NCBI GenBank assembly: GCA_004377185.1
Contig: SOIM01000020.1
Coordinates: forward strand, 70,931 to 94,930
Reading direction: 5' to 3'
DNA: 24,000 nt
From: Methanomassiliicoccales archaeon
GTDB taxonomy: Archaea; Thermoplasmatota; Thermoplasmata; RBG-16-68-12; SOIM01
The notes below the pieces were generated by a model, which was not told the origin of the DNA, did not search any database, and was given only the letters and a program-made list of their open reading frames with translations. This document shows, in pieces, positions 16,164 to 24,000 of the stretch (position 1 is the stretch's first letter; the number at the start of each line of letters is the position of its first letter). Made by a program: the position numbers and the translations under genes.

Positions 16164-16260
16164 TCGGCCCTGTAGCACGATTCGCATGGATCCAATATTA
16201 GAGATTGCAGATGGAAACCTTCTCCCGATGCCATAGGAGTGGACAACTTCAAGGAAAAGA

Positions 16261-16293
16261 ATGAAGAAGCTAAACCCAGATTGAGTGCCGCGA
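16261..16293 (+). repeat. Right copy of direct repeat, within the 3' end of the SIS/hxlB gene
   Basis: ATGAAGAAGCTAAACCCAGATTGAGTGcCGCGA. Confidence 0.9.
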
Positions 16294-16818
16294 CCTCATC
16301 TTCTTATCGTCCTGATCCATTCTGACCATGAGCTCTGCGATTATTCCATCCAGTAGGATCATAGCCGCATCCTCGAAAAGAGTGCCCAAGGGTGCCAACT
16401 TCTTAGATTTCTCATTCGTATCCGTCCTGAGAGGAAACACCACGTTCCCGGCATGTGCGAGTTTCGAGGATTCCCTACTGGTGATCACGACCACGTTGGC
16501 TCCCACCCTCCTGCAGATGTTGGCCGTTTGAATCGCGGACATCGTCTCCCCTGTGCTGGAAATTGCCAAGACAAGACTCTTGTCATCCACTATCGGCGTG
16601 GCTATGTCCCCAATGAAATAGACGGACATGCCCAGCTGGACGAGCCTGATGGCAAAACCCTTCGCGACCAGACCCGATCTCCCCACTCCATAAACGAAGA
16701 TCTTCTCCGCCTTCATTATGAGATCGATGACCTCCTCCACCTGGCCCTTGTGGTCCTCAGTGAGAACCTTCTCAATCTCTTTGAGTATATACTTGGATGA
16801 TTCCTCGAAGATGGTCAT
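16270..16818 (-). CDS. hxlB: SIS-domain protein, 6-phospho-3-hexuloisomerase-like
   Basis: IFVYGVGRSGLVAKGFAIRLVQLGMSVYFIGDIATPIVDDKSLVLAISSTGETMSAIQTANICRRVGANVVVITS. Confidence 0.85.
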   Translation of the reverse strand: MTIFEESSKYILKEIEKVLTEDHKGQVEEVIDLIMKAEKIFVYGVGRSGLVAKGFAIRLVQLGMSVYFIGDIATPIVDDKSLVLAISSTGETMSAIQTANICRRVGANVVVITSRESSKLAHAGNVVFPLRTDTNEKSKKLAPLGTLFEDAAMILLDGIIAELMVRMDQDDKKMRSRHSIWV

Positions 16819-17846
16819 TTCTTGCCCTCTTTCTTCTTCTTGTCGGCTTTGGTCACCCTTCTTGACAAGACCCTCTCCAATATCACCTTCATGTACATCG
16901 CATCGTGCTCAAGCAAAGGAGAACTGGATATTACCGTAATGTCCAGGTTGTTATCCAAAATACACTCAGCCAAGGGCTCGAACTTCAAATCACCTCTCTT
17001 AATCGGCGTGTACCTGAGCTCATTGCCACCCTCGTGCTCCACCCCGGAGAAATGCGTATGAAGATGTTTCTTGACAAAGGGCTCTGCCGCATCGATGACC
17101 TCCTGAAAATCCTCCTTTTTCCTCAGAGATCCATTCCCCCGTGAGTGAATATGAGAGAAATTGAGCACCGGGACGATGTCCTTGACCTTCTCGCACACTT
17201 TCAGTACCTCGTTCAGGTCTCCGAAGACCTCCTGTCTCCCGCTGGTTTCCAATCCCAGTTTGGCCTTGATCTTCCTCTTCTTGAGCCAGTTCCCGAGTTC
17301 ACTCAGGTTCTTGACGACCCGATTCATCGTCACTCTGGAAGTGAGTTCGCCGTACAGTCCCACGTGAGTGACCACGACGCTAGCTCCCATCTGGTTTGCC
17401 ATCAAGGCCCCCCACTTTATGCTGTCAATGCTCCTCACGGTGAGGTCACCGCCTCCCACCAGGTCCATGTAGTAAGGTGTGTGAAGCGTCAGTTCAATAT
17501 CCAGCTCCCTTGCCAGATCACCCAGACCGTCCAATTCCATATAGTCCTTGGCAAGGCCTGAGGTAAGAGAGTTGATCACGTCCCCTTTCCTTATCTTGAC
17601 GTCCAGGTTGGTGATGGCTTCCTCCTTGTCCCCCGTCCTCCTCGAGATCTCAACGATAAGTTCGCCCTCGATTTCTTTGGGTGCAAGCCCAATATCTTCG
17701 TCCTTGGCATACCTCTCGTTGAGGTTCGCCCTGACAAGCTGGACCTCCATCGCTGTAAGGCCGAGACGGTGTACGTCCTCGATACCGTCCTTAAGAGTGC
17801 GACCCTTGCAAGAAAGAGGAATACCAGAAGGGCCGAAACGAATCAT
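16815..17846 (-). CDS. AP endonuclease IV-like TIM-barrel protein
   Basis: IRFGPSGIPLSCKGRTLKDGIEDVHRLGLTAMEVQLVR...LHTPYYMDL...VVVTHVG...LGLETSGRQEVFGDLNEVL...NFSHIHSRG...HLHTHFSGVE. Confidence 0.85.
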   Translation of the reverse strand: MIRFGPSGIPLSCKGRTLKDGIEDVHRLGLTAMEVQLVRANLNERYAKDEDIGLAPKEIEGELIVEISRRTGDKEEAITNLDVKIRKGDVINSLTSGLAKDYMELDGLGDLARELDIELTLHTPYYMDLVGGGDLTVRSIDSIKWGALMANQMGASVVVTHVGLYGELTSRVTMNRVVKNLSELGNWLKKRKIKAKLGLETSGRQEVFGDLNEVLKVCEKVKDIVPVLNFSHIHSRGNGSLRKKEDFQEVIDAAEPFVKKHLHTHFSGVEHEGGNELRYTPIKRGDLKFEPLAECILDNNLDITVISSSPLLEHDAMYMKVILERVLSRRVTKADKKKKEGKK

Positions 17847-18010
17847 TTGTTATTCTCCCCACTAAATGAATATTTGGACTATTATATTAATTGCTGAACA
17901 TATAAGTATCTTTCGATGTTTCGTTTTTCTGACATACGTCCATGCCCCCATCCAGAACAAAAAGGTTTATAACACGAGCTTTCATTATATCGCGCTCAGA
18001 GGATCTCCAT

Positions 18011-18373
18011 ATGGGAAAGCTCAGGAAAAGGAACGAACACCTCATCAAGCTGATCGAGGAGCTGAAGATACTGTCCTACAAGAAGAATGCCCGGATATGG
18101 AAGGACATAGCCAAGAGACTTTCCAAGCCTTCCAAGAACTGGGCGGAAGTGAACATCAGCAGGATTGCTAGACATGCTAAGAAGAAGGAGACAATCCTTG
18201 TTCCCGGAAAGCTCCTGGGCGCGGGAAGCATCGATATTCCTCTGACCGTCGCTGCTTTCAATTCTTCCGAGTCCGCCAAGAAGAAGATCGAGAAGGCTGG
18301 CGGGAAGGCAATCACAATACAAGAGCTCATGAAAGCCAATCCGAAAGGAAGCAGTATCAGGATAATGGGCTGA
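18011..18373 (+). CDS. rpl18e: Ribosomal protein L18e
   Basis: MGKLRKRNEHLIKLIEELKILSYKKNARIWKDIAKRLSKPSKNWAEVNISRI...VPGKLLGAGSID..LTVAAFNSSESAKKKIEKAGG. ATG 18011 preferred over 17942. Confidence 0.92.
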   Translation: MGKLRKRNEHLIKLIEELKILSYKKNARIWKDIAKRLSKPSKNWAEVNISRIARHAKKKETILVPGKLLGAGSIDIPLTVAAFNSSESAKKKIEKAGGKAITIQELMKANPKGSSIRIMG

Positions 18374-18378
18374 AGGAA

Positions 18379-18792
18379 ATGGTCGTCATAGATGCCACTG
18401 GTCACATCATCGGTCGCCTCTCCAGCTTCGTTGCCAAACGCCTGCTGAACGGTGAGGAGATTCACATCGTGAACGCGGAAAATGCTATCATCACGGGGGA
18501 CAGCGACAGTATCTTTCAAGAGTACAAGGAGATGAGGGACATCGGTAGCCAGAGAAAGGGCCCGTTCTACCCCAGGATGCCAGACAGGATTCTGAAAAGG
18601 ACAATCCGGGGAATGATCCCCTACCAAAAGCCCAGAGGGAGAAAGGCGTTCAAGAGGTTGAGGGTCTACATTGGGGTCCCGACCGAATTTGAGAAAGAGA
18701 AACTCGAACGGATTGAGAAGGCGTGCCAGATCACTACTCCATATTACATCCAGCTTTCGGAGCTGAGCAGGAGGCTGGGTGCCAAGTTCTAG
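18379..18792 (+). CDS. rpl13: Ribosomal protein uL13
   Basis: MVVIDATGHIIGRLSSFVAKRLLNGEEIHIVNAENAIITG...KGPFYPRMPDRILKRTIRGMIPYQKPRGRKAFKRLRVYIGVP. Confidence 0.96.
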   Translation: MVVIDATGHIIGRLSSFVAKRLLNGEEIHIVNAENAIITGDSDSIFQEYKEMRDIGSQRKGPFYPRMPDRILKRTIRGMIPYQKPRGRKAFKRLRVYIGVPTEFEKEKLERIEKACQITTPYYIQLSELSRRLGAKF

Positions 18793-19230
18793 GTGGTTCG
18801 ATTGGTAAAGGCGGTGAACACAAGCGGGAAGAGGAAGAGTGCGATCGCAAGAGCGACCGTCAAGAAAGGCTCGGGAAAGGTCAGAATAAACAAGAGACCG
18901 CTGGAACTGCATGACCCGTTGCTCGCAAGGCTGAAAATATCCGAGCCCCTGTCCTTTGCGGAGAAATCACTCGTGGCCAAGGTGGACATTGATGTGATAG
19001 TCAGGGGCGGAGGCGTGATGGGCCAGGCGGACGCGTGCAGGACGGCCATCGCAAGGGGACTGGTGGAATATCTCAAGACCAACAAGCCCAAAAGCAGCGA
19101 CTACGAGGACCTGGAAACCCTCTTCAGAGAGAGGGACAGGAGCCTGCTTGTGAACGATCCAAGAAGGAAGATGCCCAAGAGGCCCATGGGGCGGGGCGCA
19201 AGAAAGAAAAGGCAGAAGTCCTACAGGTGA
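18793..19230 (+). CDS. rps9: Ribosomal protein uS9
   Basis: [31 protein letters not shown]...[24 protein letters not shown]...[31 protein letters not shown]. Confidence 0.96.
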   Translation: MVRLVKAVNTSGKRKSAIARATVKKGSGKVRINKRPLELHDPLLARLKISEPLSFAEKSLVAKVDIDVIVRGGGVMGQADACRTAIARGLVEYLKTNKPKSSDYEDLETLFRERDRSLLVNDPRRKMPKRPMGRGARKKRQKSYR

Positions 19231-19234
19231 ATGT

Positions 19235-19426
19235 ATGATAATACCGGTAAGATGCTTCACTTGCGGAAAGGTTGTGGGTTCAGTCTGGGAGGAGTACAGC
19301 AAAAGAACCCAGGAAGGCGAGGATCCGAAGGCTGTTCTGGATTCACTCGGAGTGAAGAGGTATTGCTGTCGCCGGATGCTCATCTCCAATGTTGAGCTGA
19401 TAGATGAGATCATGCCCTTCGGCTAG
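19235..19426 (+). CDS. rpoN: RNA polymerase subunit N (RPB10 homolog)
   Basis: [24 protein letters not shown]...[29 protein letters not shown]. Confidence 0.97.
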   Translation: MIIPVRCFTCGKVVGSVWEEYSKRTQEGEDPKAVLDSLGVKRYCCRRMLISNVELIDEIMPFG

Positions 19427-19529
19427 CGCTCACAGCATTTCGTCTGGAGCTCATTTCACATCTTTCAGATATGTCGCTTTGTCAGTGCGGCAAACATCTT
19501 TTTATCTAGTAATACATTCCGCGTCAAAA

Positions 19530-19602
19530 GGGCCCGTGGGGTAGCTTGGTATCCTTCCAGCTTGGGGTGCTGGTAACTCGAGTTCAAATCTCGGCGGGCT
19601 CA
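19530..19602 (+). tRNA. tRNA-Pro(GGG)
   Basis: Acceptor GGGCCCG/CGGGCTC, anticodon arm CCAGC-TTGGGGT-GCTGG (anticodon GGG), T arm TCGAG-TTCAAAT-CTCGG, discriminator A. Confidence 0.93.
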
Positions 19603-19621
19603 CTGTTTTCCCACAAAAACT

Positions 19622-21013
19622 CTAGTGATGGTGGTGGAGCCCTCCGGGAGGCGCCAGGTTTGCGAACGCCCCAGTGACAACTTCGCTGAGCGCTGGATGT
19701 ATCACTTGTGTTCTGGTCAGCGGCAGGTAGTCCCCCCGCTCTGCATTCATCAGATCCACAACCAACTGAACCAAAACTGAGGCCTCTGGCCCCACGATAT
19801 GAGCTCCAAGAATCCTCTTACTGCCTGCATCCACGATGACCTTCACCACACCGTCCTCCTCTGCCATCGCATACCCCTTGGCAGTGTCGATGTACCTCTT
19901 GATGCCCACAAGTATCTGGTGCTCTTTCTTGGCCTCCTCCTCGGTCAATCCGACTGAACCGATCTGGGGATGTGTGAAGATCGCATGTGGCACTGCATGT
20001 TCGTCTACCATCTTCCTGCGGTTCTCGAAGAGATTTGCCCAGACTATCTCGGATTCCATGTTGGCTGTGTGGCGGAACTGATGGCGGCCTGTCGCATCCC
20101 CCAGCGCGTAGATGTATGGTTTGGTCGTTTGCAGGTATTTGTCAACGAGTATCCATCCCTTCTCGTCCGTCTCCACTCCGCTTTTTTCGGGTTTCAGAAG
20201 ATCTGAGTTGGACCTTCTTCCGGCCGCAATGAGGATCTCGTCCGCCTTGAACTTGTAGTGCTTGCCATCTGCCCTGTTCTTGGCTATCAATGTCTTTCCT
20301 CCGTTTTCCTTGTTTGCCGATGTCACTTCGTGGTTGGTGTATATCCTCACGTACTTCGATAACCTGAGCTTCAGGATCTCGGAGACAAGCGGTTCCTCGC
20401 TGGGAACCAATCTTGGATTGCGACCGATGACGGTCACCTTGGTCCCAGCGCTGGAAAAGAAATGAGCGAACTCGACCGCGATGTAACCCCCTCCCACGAT
20501 CAAGAGGCTGTCTGGAGGTTCCTTGATGTTGAAAACGTTCCTGCTGGTCAGGAAGCCAACACCTCCAATCTCCTTGATGCGTGGAATGTGAGGTCTGGCT
20601 CCAGATGCGATGACGATCTTGGGGGCTGTCATTGTCTTTGTTCCCACCCTCAAGGTATAGTCTGCGATGAACTCCCCAACCTGCGGATGAAAATCAACGT
20701 TGGGGTCCTGGCTCACGCCTTTCTCCATCTCGCGCCTGTCTCCCAGCACTATCTTCCATACCCTCTTCATCAGGAGTTCGAAATCGATGCCCTCAACGGA
20801 GGCGAAGACACCGATGTTCTTGGCTTCCTGAATCTGCTTGATGAGGTCCGCAGGATGGATCATCACTTTTGAAGGTATACAACCTCTGTTGAGGCAGGTA
20901 CCACCGATTGGATCCCTGTCCAAAACCGCAACTTTCATGCCGCTCGCGGATGCCTTTGCGGCGACATTCATGCCCGCTCCAGACCCGATTATTATCGTGT
21001 CATACTCGATCAT
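19622..21013 (-). CDS. Dihydrolipoamide dehydrogenase / mercuric-reductase-like pyridine nucleotide-disulfide oxidoreductase
   Basis: IIIGSGAGMNVAAKAS...GGTCLNRGCIPSK, LLIVGGGYIAVEFAHFF, YIYALGDATG, HAIFTHPQIGSVGLTEEEA. Ends LHHHH. Confidence 0.92.
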   Translation of the reverse strand: MIEYDTIIIGSGAGMNVAAKASASGMKVAVLDRDPIGGTCLNRGCIPSKVMIHPADLIKQIQEAKNIGVFASVEGIDFELLMKRVWKIVLGDRREMEKGVSQDPNVDFHPQVGEFIADYTLRVGTKTMTAPKIVIASGARPHIPRIKEIGGVGFLTSRNVFNIKEPPDSLLIVGGGYIAVEFAHFFSSAGTKVTVIGRNPRLVPSEEPLVSEILKLRLSKYVRIYTNHEVTSANKENGGKTLIAKNRADGKHYKFKADEILIAAGRRSNSDLLKPEKSGVETDEKGWILVDKYLQTTKPYIYALGDATGRHQFRHTANMESEIVWANLFENRRKMVDEHAVPHAIFTHPQIGSVGLTEEEAKKEHQILVGIKRYIDTAKGYAMAEEDGVVKVIVDAGSKRILGAHIVGPEASVLVQLVVDLMNAERGDYLPLTRTQVIHPALSEVVTGAFANLAPPGGLHHHH

Positions 21014-21174
21014 CCAAACCCTCGTGCGACATTGGTTCGAGCGATAAAATGCTTTCGTTCTTGTGTCAGAGGACTTTCATCGATTGTCGAGAACGGGCGA
21101 GCATTGCAAGACTGGGTAAGGAATGTTCCATCTCTCCGAAAGAATTATATTGACTTGGTCTGATTCTTTTCTCG

Positions 21175-22077
21175 ATGAAGAAGATAAGGAGCGGAGTCTA
21201 TGGACTCAACGCTCTGATGGATGGGGGAGTTAATGAACACACTACAACGGTTGTCATAGGTTCCTCCGGTGCCGGAAAGACCACCTTTGCCACTCAGTTC
21301 TTGAGAAGGGGTCTGGAGGAGAACGAGGACGCCATCTTCATAACCCTGGACGAAACCCCTGAACAGATAATCAAGGAAGCGAGCCTGATGGGTTGGGAGG
21401 ACGTTGAAAACTACATGGAAGAAGGAACCATGGTTTTCGTGGATGCGGGAGGGAAGCAGTTCTCGCAGTTCATTCAGAAGGAGCTGGCTGAGTTCGTGGA
21501 CGACTGGGCGGGACACAAGGCCAGGATTGTGATTGATCCCCTTACTCCAGTTCTGTGGTCCGTGAAGGAGAAGTACGAGCAGAGGGAGCTGGTCTCCTTC
21601 CTGTTGAGGGAGACAAGGAAGATTGGAACGGTTCTCTGCACTCTTGAAGAACATGGAACGGTCGGTGACCTGAGCGGTCCCGAGATTGTGATTCCCATGT
21701 ACCTGGCGGACAACGTCATCCATCTGAGGTACGCGAGCCACGAACATCCGGAAAGGAGGGAGTTGAAGATCGTCAAATGCAGGAGCAGTAAGCACAGCAG
21801 GTTCTGGCATCCCTATGGGATAATGAAAGGCGCTGGTCTGTACATTCGGAGGAAGGAGAACGATACCACTAAGATGGTGGTCGAACCTGATCTGACCGCC
21901 TTGCTCAAGGAAAAGCTGGAAGCGTCCGGGAAAGGAAACGCCTCAAGACTCTCGGGAAAGGCCCTCACGAACATCCTCAGAACGACCGAGCTTCTATCAA
22001 GAGAACCTTTTTCCGACATTACTCCAGAGGAGCTGATTCATCTTATCCTTGAAGAGTATGGCTTGAATGAGGACTGA
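21175..22077 (+). CDS. KaiC-like RecA-superfamily ATPase
   Basis: SGVYGLNALMDGGVNEHTTTVVIGSSGAGKTTFATQFLRRGLEENEDAIFITLDETPEQI...ARIVIDPLTPVLW...LADNVIHLRY...RRELKIVKCRSSKHS. Confidence 0.9.
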   Translation: MKKIRSGVYGLNALMDGGVNEHTTTVVIGSSGAGKTTFATQFLRRGLEENEDAIFITLDETPEQIIKEASLMGWEDVENYMEEGTMVFVDAGGKQFSQFIQKELAEFVDDWAGHKARIVIDPLTPVLWSVKEKYEQRELVSFLLRETRKIGTVLCTLEEHGTVGDLSGPEIVIPMYLADNVIHLRYASHEHPERRELKIVKCRSSKHSRFWHPYGIMKGAGLYIRRKENDTTKMVVEPDLTALLKEKLEASGKGNASRLSGKALTNILRTTELLSREPFSDITPEELIHLILEEYGLNED

Positions 22078-22088
22078 CGGGTATTTTC

Positions 22089-22814
22089 ATGCCGAAGAAG
22101 ATGGGGGAGGCGCTGAAGACCGTTGTCGGGGAAGGGTATGAGGGAGAAGAGGAGAAGAAGGGAAGAGTTGAGTCCGTTCTGATGAACCCCAACAGGGAAC
22201 AGATCTTCCAGTTCCTGATATTTCATCCCTGCAGTCACATGCGAAAGGTTGCTAATGAACTCAACATGAGCCCACCGACGGTGAAGTGGCACTTGGAGAA
22301 GTTGAGGACTGGCGGCTACGTGAACTCAGCCCTCATCAAGAACAAGAAGGTATTCTATCCCCGGAGGATGGTGGCGGAAGGGGAGGCGGTTTCTTTGCTC
22401 GAGGCAGTGAACCGGGACAGGATTGGCATGACCTTCCTCGTCATTCTGGAGAACCAAGGCTCGACCCAGAGCGAGATCGCGGAGATATTGGGGTTGAGTA
22501 CCCAGTCCGTGAGGGGTTACATCGCAACACTGGAAAGGGTTGAGCTGATTACTACGATAGTTGACGGCAAGCACAAGAGGTACTTCCCCTCAGACAAGCT
22601 GAAGAAAATGGAAAAGAGCATGAGGAAGAGGATAAGGACCTTCAGGAGGTTCCTGATCAAGAAGCTTGAGAAGGACAGACTGAACCCTTCCATCGACCTG
22701 TCCAGGAGGAGGGAGGCCGAGATAACGATACACGTCTCAAAAAGAAAGAGCAAGATAAGGATTCCGGACGAACCTTTTACTTCGTCAGTCATATCCATGA
22801 TAGGTGGTGAGTGA
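22089..22814 (+). CDS. Transcriptional regulator with two winged-HTH units
   Basis: REQIFQFLIFHPCSHMRKVANELNMSPPTVKWHLEKLRTGGYV and GSTQSEIAEILGLSTQSVRGYIATLERVELI. Confidence 0.85.
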   Translation: MPKKMGEALKTVVGEGYEGEEEKKGRVESVLMNPNREQIFQFLIFHPCSHMRKVANELNMSPPTVKWHLEKLRTGGYVNSALIKNKKVFYPRRMVAEGEAVSLLEAVNRDRIGMTFLVILENQGSTQSEIAEILGLSTQSVRGYIATLERVELITTIVDGKHKRYFPSDKLKKMEKSMRKRIRTFRRFLIKKLEKDRLNPSIDLSRRREAEITIHVSKRKSKIRIPDEPFTSSVISMIGGE

Positions 22815-23283
22815 GTTACCTAGTGCAGACCGCAAATCCAAGACAGACGAGATACTGGAGTACTTCGTGTCCAGAAGTAACGAAGAGGTCTCAATCGAAA
22901 GGTTGGCTACGGACCTGAGGATGAACCAGAAGATAGTGGGAAGCATTGCTAGCAGGCTTGCCGCCCGAGGAATAATCGCCAGGCAATCCAGAGGGGTCTA
23001 TGTCCATAAGGAGGAAGAGGTCAAAGCCTCCACCGTCAAAGGGATTCTCAATCATTTGGAGGAAACGATTGGCAGGACTTTCGGGCATCAGATAGGGGGG
23101 AAGATTGGCATATCCAGTGTCAAGGACAGGGATGGCCTGGCCGGGCTCGAGGATGCCTTAGAGAGGATGGGGGATGTCATCGGGAAAGGGGGCGCTGTCA
23201 ATCTAATGAGGGCTGTTGCTAGGAAGGTGGCCACACCGAGCGAGTACAACTACATCTTAGCAAAGATGGACATCTCTAGCTGA
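22804..23283 (+). CDS. Winged-HTH protein
   Basis: GTG start overlapping the previous gene; DEILEYFVSRSNEEVSIERLATDLRMNQKIVGSIASRLAARGIIARQSRGVYV. Confidence 0.75.
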   Translation: MVSELPSADRKSKTDEILEYFVSRSNEEVSIERLATDLRMNQKIVGSIASRLAARGIIARQSRGVYVHKEEEVKASTVKGILNHLEETIGRTFGHQIGGKIGISSVKDRDGLAGLEDALERMGDVIGKGGAVNLMRAVARKVATPSEYNYILAKMDISS

Positions 23284-23324
23284 TTTGAAAACAATTATAA
23301 AGTCACGGAGAATTGGGTTTTACT

Positions 23325-23496
23325 GCGGGGGTAGCCAAGCATGGCCAAAGGAAAGGGCTGTGTGACGGCCCCTTCCGGCCAACGGCGCAGGACTTAAGAT
23401 CTGGAGCATTCCAGAGGGGACATTCTGTCTCGAAGGAGTCCGTGGGTTCAAAATAGCTGCTCGGTCAGAGCTGTGATGAAAATCCCATCCCCCGCA
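23325..23496 (+). tRNA. tRNA-Leu(UAA) interrupted by three putative introns
   Basis: Acceptor GCGGGGG (23325-23331) / CCCCCGC (23489-23495) + A; D-stem GCC/GGC; anticodon stem CAGGA (23388-23392)/TTCTG (23423-23427), loop CTTAAG^A; variable arm CTC-GAAG-GAG; T-stem GTGGG (23442-23446)/CCCAT (23484-23488). Removing ~34 + 23 + 30 nt leaves 85 nt. Confidence 0.85.
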
Positions 23497-23519
23497 CTTT
23501 TCACCTTTGACTGCACATT

Positions 23520-24000
23520 CTATCTGAAAAACCCGAACTTCTTCTTTTTCTTCTTTTTGACCTTCTTCACTGGGGCTTTCTTGGGAGTTTCTTCCTCCTC
23601 TTCGAATTCCTCCTCGGGAGGTTCCTCCGGAATCAATCCTGTCTCCTCCCAAGACTTATCCTCAGGAGGCTCTTCCGGGATCGACTCTCCAGCGTCAAAT
23701 AGGTTCTCGAAATCGTCTTGTATGGTCTTCTCAGCCTCCACAGGTGTTCTTGCCTCCTCGGGAGCCGCATCAAGCTTCTCGACCGACTCGGACAATTCCT
23801 TCATCCTTTTCTTTTCCTCAGCGACCTGGGCGGCGATCTTCTTGACCTCGCTTTCCCAAATGGTAAGATGATTCTCTTTCTTCCTTATCTCTTCCTCTCT
23901 TTGAGATAGCCTCTCCTGCAATTCGCGAAGCTCTTCCTCCCTTCCCTGCAGTTCGGTCTCGAACTGGGAGAGCTCGGCAAGTTTCTCCACGACTTCCTTC
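23520..24000 (-). CDS. Coiled-coil / acidic linker protein (start beyond window)
   Basis: EKLAELSQFETELQGREEELRELQERLSQREEEIRKKENHL...EEPPEEEFEEEEETPKKAPVKKVKKKKKKKFGFFR. The frame is open through 24000; the listed start is a GTG inside it. Confidence 0.6.
   Translation of the reverse strand, partial: KEVVEKLAELSQFETELQGREEELRELQERLSQREEEIRKKENHLTIWESEVKKIAAQVAEEKKRMKELSESVEKLDAAPEEARTPVEAEKTIQDDFENLFDAGESIPEEPPEDKSWEETGLIPEEPPEEEFEEEEETPKKAPVKKVKKKKKKKFGFFR

Larger units (their letters stand above)
12645..16260. mobile_element. Putative inserted accessory island (~3.6 kb) bounded by a direct duplication of the target gene ends
   Basis: The flanking 27-nt direct repeat carries the 3' ends of JAMM (+) and SIS/hxlB (-). 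The interior holds DUF3800, AbrB-like, orphan HTH and small membrane ORFs. No integrase or transposase was recognised. Confidence 0.55.

Noticed and set aside
19584-19625. C-terminal LHHHH of the dihydrolipoamide dehydrogenase-like protein as a possible cloning tag
   Set aside because: Only four His residues, a mixed CAC/CAT run in native context followed by a tRNA gene; probably natural and functionally minor.
1-24000. CRISPR arrays, rRNA genes, transposase or integrase genes
   Set aside because: No regularly spaced repeats, no rRNA-like sequence and no transposase/integrase motifs were recognised in the window. The only mobile-type evidence is the direct-repeat-bounded island.

Overview
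Archaeal chromosomal window; the gene content and the rpl18e-rpl13-rps9-rpoN ribosomal cluster suggest a euryarchaeal/Thermoplasmatota-like lineage, but this placement is inference. Housekeeping genes include leuS (partial), pheS, trpS, mptA, hxlB-like, an endonuclease IV-like gene, a dihydrolipoamide dehydrogenase-like gene, a KaiC-like ATPase with HTH regulators, and two tRNAs. The main finding is a compact eukaryote-like ubiquitylation locus at 9451-12635. It encodes a UBA3-like E1 with a catalytic-Cys motif, a ubiquitin-like beta-grasp protein ending in GGH, an E2 with FHPNI and a catalytic Cys, and an Rpn11-like JAMM protease. A divergent alpha/alpha-toroid (prenyltransferase/squalene-cyclase repeat) gene lies inside the locus, and two tandem LURP-one/scramblase-like genes lie immediately upstream. 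No RING E3 is apparent. Other notable signals: (i) a 27-nt exact direct repeat (32/33 overall) brackets a ~3.6 kb accessory island placed between the once tail-to-tail-overlapping JAMM and SIS genes; (ii) a tRNA-Leu(UAA) gene appears to carry three introns (D-arm, anticodon loop, T-loop); (iii) a short FtsZ-like GTPase lacks the canonical T7 loop and C-terminal domain and sits next to a double-RHH protein; (iv) mptA appears to start at an ACG codon.
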